Positions 57,396-64,000 of a DNA stretch of 64,000 bases are shown here, one piece after another; positions within the stretch are counted from its first letter, which is position 1, and each line of letters opens with the position of its first letter. A program made the position numbers and the translations under genes. This DNA is from Candidatus Uhrbacteria bacterium (lineage in GTDB: Bacteria > Patescibacteriota > Patescibacteriia > UBA9934 > UBA10169), in the NCBI GenBank assembly GCA_016187485.1, contig JACPJO010000005.1, positions 226,385 to 290,384 on the forward strand, given 5' to 3'. The notes under the pieces are model-generated. The model made no database searches. It saw only the letters and a program-made list of their open reading frames with translations, and was not told the DNA's origin.

Positions 57396-58266
57396 CTTTC
57401 CCGTAAACGGGGTCAGGTCTTGAATTTTGAATTTTAGCTAATTCGATAATTTTACTCACCGTGGAGTAATGAAGGTCAAGATACTTTGCAATATCCGTTT
57501 GAGTGTATCTTGCTCGAAAATAGGCCAAAACGATGCCCTTATTGCGATCCGTCTTGTCCCCTATTCTGTAAAAGATCTCCTTAAGGGAAGGGCGACCAAT
57601 CATACGCTCTTCCACCGGGATCTCAATGAGGTCATCCACGTCATGAATGGACTCACGCAACGCGTGTTTAAATTGCAGGTATCCGAGAGGACCATCGGTG
57701 AGTCCAGCATCATCCAAAAACATGCCATCGCTGATAAACTTTTTGTAAAGAATCTGCGCCTGTCGCCTTTTTGTACTGAACTGGGAGAGGAGCCAATTCA
57801 CCGAGAGGCACGGAGGGATAGACACGAGACCAGAGGTTGCCCCATAACTGCTCCACCGCCATTGCTGCGGATACTTCACGACTCGAGCGCGTACGGGGTT
57901 AAGGACAATATATCTTGCCACTTCTAAAAGGTAGGGCTCTTTTTCGATTACGAAAGCTTTATAACGCCCTTCAAATACATGTCCATTTCGTCCGTGAGCC
58001 TTGTTGAAGTGTTGAGAGTAAACACCGTTGAGCTGTTTCATTCCACGCGCAAGGTTTGCTTCACCCGTCTCGACAAGAAGATGGTAGTGATTATCTAACA
58101 GACAATAGGCATGGCAAGACCACTTATAAGACGACACGGTGTCTGCCAGTACACGAAGAAAATCTTTTCTATCTCTTGAACCCAGAAAAATTGGAAGTCG
58201 TGAGTTGCCTCGAGAGATGACGTGGTAAAGCGCTCCCGGATACTCAATCCGAAGTGGACGAGCCAT
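57385..58266 (-). CDS. REP-associated tyrosine (Y1 HUH) transposase with a C-terminal HTH
   Basis: MARPLRIEYPGALYHVISRGN, AYCLLDNHYHLL, YIVLNPVRA, WSSY. Confidence 0.93.
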   Translation of the reverse strand: MARPLRIEYPGALYHVISRGNSRLPIFLGSRDRKDFLRVLADTVSSYKWSCHAYCLLDNHYHLLVETGEANLARGMKQLNGVYSQHFNKAHGRNGHVFEGRYKAFVIEKEPYLLEVARYIVLNPVRARVVKYPQQWRWSSYGATSGLVSIPPCLSVNWLLSQFSTKRRQAQILYKKFISDGMFLDDAGLTDGPLGYLQFKHALRESIHDVDDLIEIPVEERMIGRPSLKEIFYRIGDKTDRNKGIVLAYFRARYTQTDIAKYLDLHYSTVSKIIELAKIQNSRPDPVYGKARK

Positions 58267-58304
58267 AAAGTTGAAAATTCAAAATTCAAGACCTGACCCC
58301 GTTT
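57405..58304. mobile_element. RAYT cassette bounded by perfect 31-bp inverted repeats
   Basis: aaacggggtcaggtcttgaattttgaatttt (57405-57435) and its reverse complement (58274-58304). Confidence 0.85.
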
Positions 58305-59461
58305 TGGGTTTTTTTGAAAATTTCGAGAAGACGGTCTATGTGTTTTTCTGGAGAGAAAACCATCTCTGCACGCAGGCGTGCCGCGCGGCCATATGTTTCG
58401 GCGGACAGAGGATCTTGCAAAAGAATCTCGATGGTCTTCTTCCACGCATCCACATTTCCGGCAGAAACCACACGTCCAGAAACCCCATCTTCTACGACCT
58501 CCGGTAATCCTCCCTGATCGCTCACAAGAACGGCTTTTCCGTGCGCCATTGCTTCAAGAGCTGTAAGGCCAAAGACCTCCGGCCAGAGTGAGGGAACGAT
58601 TACCACAGATGCCGCGAGGTACCACGCCGCCAGTTCTTCCCGCAGAAGCCACCCGGTGACCTCGCAATTTTTTGACGCTGTTCCTTTTATAAAGGGGAGC
58701 AACGGTCCATCGCCAGCAATCACAAACTTTACATCTGGCATGGCACGTGCAAGTTCCACGACAAACCGCGTCCCCTTCTCCTCTACGAGTCGAGAGACGA
58801 ACAACACAGAGCCGTCCCCACGCGACGAGATGGGGACGTTTTTTGTTTCCACAAAATGCGGGAGGTGTACGAGCTTTGTCGGAGCAAACCCAGCTTCGCG
58901 CATCTGCTCAAGAACAAACCGGGACGGGCAAACAAACGTGGCAATACCGCGATCATACAGGCGAAGAAAACGATGCGTATGAAACACGGTCGCCTGTGCC
59001 AGATGCGCAGCAAAAGAGTTTTTGTGAAAGCGCTCATGCGGTGCGCGCCATTGCATGTAATTTGGAGAAAGCATGTGGTAATCATGCACCGTCATCACCG
59101 CAGGAACATGGGCGTCACGAAGCGCGTCCAACACGGACGGAGAGAGCTGCGTGTAAATATTGTGGACATGCGCCACCTCTGCGTGGAACTCGTCCGCAAG
59201 GCGCTTCACGCCGTCACGCGCTTTCCAATTGTAAAGCATGCGACCGAAGGCACGCGCGCCCTCACCGGTGAATTGCGCAGCGTGTGTATCCATCGGCGGA
59301 GCAAAATACTTTGCCCACGGACTTGGCAGGTTATGAGGATCTTGCATCGCAAATGGAGCAACAGCATGCCCGCGCTCTGCAAGAAGCCGGTTTACTTCTA
59401 ACTGATAGCGCGAGGCGCCATCACGATCCCAATAATACTTATGTATGCTGAGGATGTTCAT
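58286..59461 (-). CDS. Glycosyltransferase family 4
   Basis: SRLVEEKG, PSLWPEVFGLTALEAM. Confidence 0.9.
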   Translation of the reverse strand: MNILSIHKYYWDRDGASRYQLEVNRLLAERGHAVAPFAMQDPHNLPSPWAKYFAPPMDTHAAQFTGEGARAFGRMLYNWKARDGVKRLADEFHAEVAHVHNIYTQLSPSVLDALRDAHVPAVMTVHDYHMLSPNYMQWRAPHERFHKNSFAAHLAQATVFHTHRFLRLYDRGIATFVCPSRFVLEQMREAGFAPTKLVHLPHFVETKNVPISSRGDGSVLFVSRLVEEKGTRFVVELARAMPDVKFVIAGDGPLLPFIKGTASKNCEVTGWLLREELAAWYLAASVVIVPSLWPEVFGLTALEAMAHGKAVLVSDQGGLPEVVEDGVSGRVVSAGNVDAWKKTIEILLQDPLSAETYGRAARLRAEMVFSPEKHIDRLLEIFKKTQNGVRS

Positions 59462-60939
59462 AAGACACCTTCTTTTCTTCCAAGAACTGTCACAAACCCC
59501 CCATAAAGCCAGAAGTGATATGCCAGAGTTCGGGTTTCAAGAAAGCTCGCCAAGAATGCATGGATGCTCATAGCGACAATGATCCCCATAAACCCGAGCG
59601 CCATGGCACGCGCAAATGGATCGTGCGCACCACGCCACGTACGCGCCGCCAGCGCGCCGAGCGCTGCAAACATCCAGAGATAAAAGATGAGGCCTAAGGT
59701 TCCCGTTTCGCCCCACAAGGATAGCCAGTTGTTATCAATATAGCCTTCCGTTCCACCGACGCCAAACGGGAGTCCAAGCATATCATAGACACGCGTGTTT
59801 CGAAGCGCGAGCACAGCTCCGCCGCCAAACTGCCCGGGGCCGTGGCCGAAAAGCGGCGCTGCCGGGACGACATGCAGCGGCGTATTCACGATCCAAAACA
59901 AGCGGCCGAGTCCGTAATATTCCCCTTGCCAACGCGAGAGAGAAAACGCTTCAAAAAACCGCTCCGCAACTCCCTGCCGCGGCACATCGATAAGACGGCT
60001 AACGACGACTCCAGAAAAAAGTACATACGCGCTTGTGAAAAGAAGAAAAGTGACAAGCGCCACGCGCACGCGCATATCACGCTTGAGGAGAAAACCGATG
60101 AGGAGAAACCCTAAGACAAATCCAAACCAGCCGCTGCGAGAATACGTAAGAACAAGCGCCGGAAGGCCGAGAAGAAAGAGTGCGCGTAATTCAAACCGAT
60201 GGACGAGATGCCGCATTTCATAGAGGATCCCCGCGCCAAGAAGAAGCGCAAACGAAAGAAAGGTCGCAAGACGATCATAGCGGCCAAGAGTGGCAAATAC
60301 GCGCGACCCGGGATCCCAAAACCGGAATGCGTTGGGTGCAAGTGTGAGTTCCCCAAAAAATCTCCCTTCCGAAGGAAAGAGCAGCGTATCGAGCCGCTCG
60401 CCAACAATGGCTTGGAGAATACCGAGTCCGGCTTCCGCAAGAGCAAGCGCCAAGAGAGCTATGGTGAGGCGTTTCATGAACGTGCGCGAGGGGTGAAGGT
60501 AAACTGCGGCAAAATAGACAATGGGAAAACGGAGGATCTGGCGTGCGCCAAGAAGAGCCGTCTCGGGCGGAAGAAGATTAATGACGATAGACGCAAGCAT
60601 CGTGACCAGAAAAAGGGCGAACGGGAGATCAAGCGGAGTACATGTCCGGCGAGAAGATGCAAGAACAGAAACAATGGCAACGCCCGCGACACCGTAGAGC
60701 AAGACTTCAGGAAAAAACCTGGCGTAGACAAAGAGGTGGTCGGGGACAAATTTGAGAACAAACGGCTCAAGAGGAAAATAGAGCGCAAGACCAGCAAGAA
60801 TCCACAGAGGTCGCAAAAGGGCAACACCAAAACACAAGATGCCGATGAGCACAGCGAGCGCGGTTATGGGGGACAAGAAGACGGCAAGAACAATCGTGAG
60901 AGCCGTAGTAAAAATAATCCACAACGCAGGAGCCTTCAT
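59458..60939 (-). CDS. O-antigen ligase/polymerase (Wzy_C) family protein
   Basis: TYSRSGW, PLFGHGPG, DNNWL..WGETG.LG. Confidence 0.85.
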   Translation of the reverse strand: MKAPALWIIFTTALTIVLAVFLSPITALAVLIGILCFGVALLRPLWILAGLALYFPLEPFVLKFVPDHLFVYARFFPEVLLYGVAGVAIVSVLASSRRTCTPLDLPFALFLVTMLASIVINLLPPETALLGARQILRFPIVYFAAVYLHPSRTFMKRLTIALLALALAEAGLGILQAIVGERLDTLLFPSEGRFFGELTLAPNAFRFWDPGSRVFATLGRYDRLATFLSFALLLGAGILYEMRHLVHRFELRALFLLGLPALVLTYSRSGWFGFVLGFLLIGFLLKRDMRVRVALVTFLLFTSAYVLFSGVVVSRLIDVPRQGVAERFFEAFSLSRWQGEYYGLGRLFWIVNTPLHVVPAAPLFGHGPGQFGGGAVLALRNTRVYDMLGLPFGVGGTEGYIDNNWLSLWGETGTLGLIFYLWMFAALGALAARTWRGAHDPFARAMALGFMGIIVAMSIHAFLASFLETRTLAYHFWLYGGFVTVLGRKEGVL

Positions 60940-61910
60940 AGCGTTTTTTCAAAAGCAATGTTCAAGTACGGAAAGAGCGCGTTAATCGGCACACGACGGC
61001 TCCACGTAGAAAAGCAGATAGCAAGCACAAAAAACATTATACGCAAGAGAAAAACAAGGAGTGCCACTGGACCGCGCTTACGCTCCCCCAGGCGCTTGAA
61101 GTACGCGCGGTACTCTTCAAGCGGGCGGGTCAAAGCTGGTCGCATGTCCTCTGGGAGCAGTCGCCGAATGCCCCACCACGTGCCGCCGACAATACCGTCG
61201 TAGACAAGTTCGTCGTTGGTCTTTTTCCCAAACTCTTCCGGACGGAGTATCCGTGCTGCCTTGCACGCAAGAGTAAGCGGCATCCAGCTTGTAAACGGCA
61301 GACGCGTGGTGTGTCCGTCGTACGGCCAGAGACGATTGGGGGTTTCCGTAATAATAAGAAGGCCGTGCGGTTTTAAAAATGCACAAAGCTGGTGCAGCAG
61401 ACCGCGTCGATCTTTTGGGTGGATATGCTCCACAACCGCACTCATGGTCACGAGATCAAACGATGCACGAGGAAATGGCAGAGTGCCTACATCATGCTCC
61501 CCCACGATGCCCACACGGTCGGCAAGACCTTCATCCCGCAGCCGAAGCCGCGCCGCTTGGCGGTAGAGCGGCATAAGTTCGACAGACGTGACGGCCGCTC
61601 CTTCACGCGCTAAAAAAATCGCGGAGCTCCCGCACCCGCTTCCAAAATCGAGTACAGACTTCCCCGCTACATCCGTCTGGCGCCGGACAAATCCGAGAAA
61701 CTGCTCCTGCACGTACCCCGGGTCGTCAACGCGGAGAATCTCGTCATAGAGATAGTCTCCCTTTGCCGCAAAGAGCGCGTCAAGAGTCCCCTTGCGGTAG
61801 GGGGTGCGGAACGTCACGCCGTCCGTGTGCCAGCGCCCATCAAAAAAAACACGCCCGTGAAGCGTTGCCTCCCGTTCGTCTCCCAGATCTTTCACAAGAA
61901 GATGAGACAT
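60936..61910 (-). CDS. Class I SAM-dependent methyltransferase
   Basis: VLDFGSGCG, SFDLV..SAVVEHI, LKPHG. Confidence 0.88.
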   Translation of the reverse strand: MSHLLVKDLGDEREATLHGRVFFDGRWHTDGVTFRTPYRKGTLDALFAAKGDYLYDEILRVDDPGYVQEQFLGFVRRQTDVAGKSVLDFGSGCGSSAIFLAREGAAVTSVELMPLYRQAARLRLRDEGLADRVGIVGEHDVGTLPFPRASFDLVTMSAVVEHIHPKDRRGLLHQLCAFLKPHGLLIITETPNRLWPYDGHTTRLPFTSWMPLTLACKAARILRPEEFGKKTNDELVYDGIVGGTWWGIRRLLPEDMRPALTRPLEEYRAYFKRLGERKRGPVALLVFLLRIMFFVLAICFSTWSRRVPINALFPYLNIAFEKTL

Positions 61911-61974
61911 AAGGGTAGTATAGCAAAAAAGAGATCAACGTAAGGAGGACAACATAGGTACACAACAATTCGAA

Positions 61975-61997
61975 AACCCCGCGGATATGCGGGGTTG
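61975..61997 (-). terminator. Terminator downstream of the MopE-repeat gene
   Basis: aaccccgc-loop-gcggggtt with an A run on plus. Confidence 0.65.
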
Positions 61998-62069
61998 GGT
62001 GAGAGCGAGGCCTAACGCTGGGTCAGGCCCCGCTCCACCAAGAAAGAACACTCTGTACGAGAACCTGCT

Positions 62070-64000
62070 CTACGGAACGAGCGGGTTCGTGTCGTCCGGA
62101 TCGTCGCAGACGTTGGTTCCGTCCGCGTCCTCGTCCACACCGGGGTTCACCGACGGGTCGAGGTCGTCGCAGTCGTCACCGCCCACAGCAGGCGGATCGC
62201 CGACCCAGGGCGAGCACTCGACGTAGAGGTCGCCGTCCTGGTCCTCTTCGAGGTCCTGGTCGGTCACATCGCAGTCGGAGTCCACGCCGTCGCACGCTTC
62301 GGGAGCGCTCGGGAAGACGGTGTCATCCGTGTCGTCGCAGTCGCCCGGCGCCGATCCGTCGCTGCAGACGGGAGTGGCGTCGCAGAACCCGTCGCCGTCG
62401 TCGTCCACAAAGGGGGTGCCTTCGTCCACGTCACCGTCGCAGTCGTCGTCCGCGAAGTTGGGAACCTCGGGATCGCCGGGAGAGATGGCGGGGTTGGCGT
62501 CGTTGCAGTCGCCGGCGCAAGTGGTAAATCCATCGCCGTCGGCGTCGAACCCTTCGTCCACAGACGTGTCGCAGTCGTCATCCACGCCGTTGCACGTCTC
62601 CGTGGCAGCGGGGTTGACGGCCGGGTTGGCGTCGTTGCAATCGCCTGCGCACACGCGCGACCCATCACCGTCGCCGTCAGCTTCGGTGGCGGGAACGGAA
62701 CCCGAGCAGTCGTTGTCGAGTCCGTCGCAGATCTCGGGATTGCCAGGGAACATGGCCGCGGAAGTGTCGGCGCAATCGCCGTTGCATTCCGCCACCCCAT
62801 CGCCGTCGTCGTCCGTTTCGGTTGCGGGCACCGCGCCGTCGCAGTCGTCGTCGGCCCCGTTGCAGGCCTCGGCAGCGGCCGGGTTCACGCTCGGGAGGAC
62901 ATCGTTGCAGTCCCCTTCGCAGACCCGGAAGCCATCGAGGTCGCTGTCGGCCTCACTGCTTGGCACGTTCCCGTTGCAGTCGTTGTCGAGTCCGTCGCAC
63001 GCTTCGGGAGCGCCGGTGAAGACAGTGGCGTCCGAGGCGTTGCAGTCGCCCTCGCACGCGCTCTGTCCGTCCCCGTCGGGATCCAGTTCGTTGGCTGGCA
63101 CACCGCCGGCGCAGTCGTTGTCGAGTCCATCGCAGATCTCGGCGGCACCGGTGAAGATCGTCGGGTTGGCGTCGTCGCAGTCGAATTGGCACTCGAACTG
63201 GCCGTCGCCGTCGGCGTCGTCTTCGGTGCTTGCCACAACGCCATTGCAGTCGTCGTCCACGCCGTTGCACGTCTCCGTAGCAGCGGGGTTGACGGCTGGG
63301 TTGGCGTCGTTGCAGTCACCCTCACAGATCATTGAGCCGTCAGCGTCCGCGTCGGCCTCGTTGGCGGCCGGAGAACCGTTGCAGTCCTCATCGTCCCCGT
63401 TGCAGAGCTCGGAAGCTCCCGGGAGCGTCGCGGGATCGGTGTCGTCGCAATCGCCAGCGCAGACGGAGACGCCGTCGGCATCGGCGTCGGACTCAGTGGC
63501 GGGAAGCCCGCCGTCGCAGTCGTCGTCGTTGCCGTTGCAGAGTTCCGGCGCGCCGGGATAGGTGAGCGGCTCCAGGTTGTCGCAGTCGCCCTCACAGGAG
63601 GTGAAGCCATCCGCGTCGCCGTCGAAACCCTCGTCGATCACGCTGTCACAGTCGTTGTCCTGGTCGTCACAGATCTCCGAGGCCGTCGGGAAGACAGTGG
63701 GTTCCGTGTCGGCGCAGTCGCCTTCACACGTGCTCCAGCCGTCGGCGTCGGCGTCGAATCCTTCGTCCACGAGGGCATCGCATTCGTTGTCCTGCCCGTC
63801 GCAGACTTCGGTGGCGTCGGGGTTCACGAGGGCGTCGCCGTCCTGGCAATCGTCCTCGCAGACCATGAAGTCGTCGCCGTCGTTGTCCACCTCGTCGCTT
63901 GGCAGGCCGTCCACGCAGTCGTCGTCCACGCCGTTGCACGTCTCCGTGGCGGCAGGATTCACGCCTGCGTTGCCGTCGTCGCAGTCTCCGCCCGGCACGC
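62070..64000 (-). CDS. Putative metal-binding motif (MopE-related) repeat protein, 5' end outside the window
   Basis: About 15 repeats of GDCxD...PxAxExCNGxDDDCxG; Asp/Cys/Gly-rich; visibly high GC. Confidence 0.88.
   Translation of the reverse strand, partial: VPGGDCDDGNAGVNPAATETCNGVDDDCVDGLPSDEVDNDGDDFMVCEDDCQDGDALVNPDATEVCDGQDNECDALVDEGFDADADGWSTCEGDCADTEPTVFPTASEICDDQDNDCDSVIDEGFDGDADGFTSCEGDCDNLEPLTYPGAPELCNGNDDDCDGGLPATESDADADGVSVCAGDCDDTDPATLPGASELCNGDDEDCNGSPAANEADADADGSMICEGDCNDANPAVNPAATETCNGVDDDCNGVVASTEDDADGDGQFECQFDCDDANPTIFTGAAEICDGLDNDCAGGVPANELDPDGDGQSACEGDCNASDATVFTGAPEACDGLDNDCNGNVPSSEADSDLDGFRVCEGDCNDVLPSVNPAAAEACNGADDDCDGAVPATETDDDGDGVAECNGDCADTSAAMFPGNPEICDGLDNDCSGSVPATEADGDGDGSRVCAGDCNDANPAVNPAATETCNGVDDDCDTSVDEGFDADGDGFTTCAGDCNDANPAISPGDPEVPNFADDDCDGDVDEGTPFVDDDGDGFCDATPVCSDGSAPGDCDDTDDTVFPSAPEACDGVDSDCDVTDQDLEEDQDGDLYVECSPWVGDPPAVGGDDCDDLDPSVNPGVDEDADGTNVCDDPDDTNPLVP

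Noticed and set aside
62320..63561. 413-aa Ser-rich plus-strand ORF
   Set aside because: It is an antisense shadow of the MopE-repeat gene.
1..64000. Alternative genetic code (UGA=Gly, code 25)
   Set aside because: TGA ends conserved genes at the expected lengths in ATGA overlaps, and no conserved gene is interrupted.

Overview
Gene-dense bacterial chromosome segment using the standard code (TGA is a stop in many ATGA overlaps). Gene content and style suggest Patescibacteria/CPR, probably Parcubacteria-ABY1-like (inference). It holds a dispersed cell-wall/division cluster (ftsB-like, murE, ddl, murD, murG, ftsW, mraY), housekeeping genes (rpmA, rplI, pyrG, ctpA-like), dTDP-rhamnose genes, many glycosyltransferases and surface proteins, an ECF sigma/anti-sigma pair, a RAYT-type transposase between 31-bp inverted repeats, and a GC-rich MopE-repeat gene at the right edge. 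The main discovery is two dispersed copies (5545-5817 minus; 30310-30550 plus) of an RNA cassette. Each has a sigma70 promoter, a short leader RNA with two segments antisense to the downstream tRNA's anticodon arm, a terminator-like hairpin, then a tRNA-like gene with alanine identity (G3·U70, A73) but an aberrant anticodon arm, and a terminator. The antisense segments covary with each copy's own tRNA, which points to an apparently undescribed tRNA/anti-tRNA system. All calls were made by eye, without database searches.
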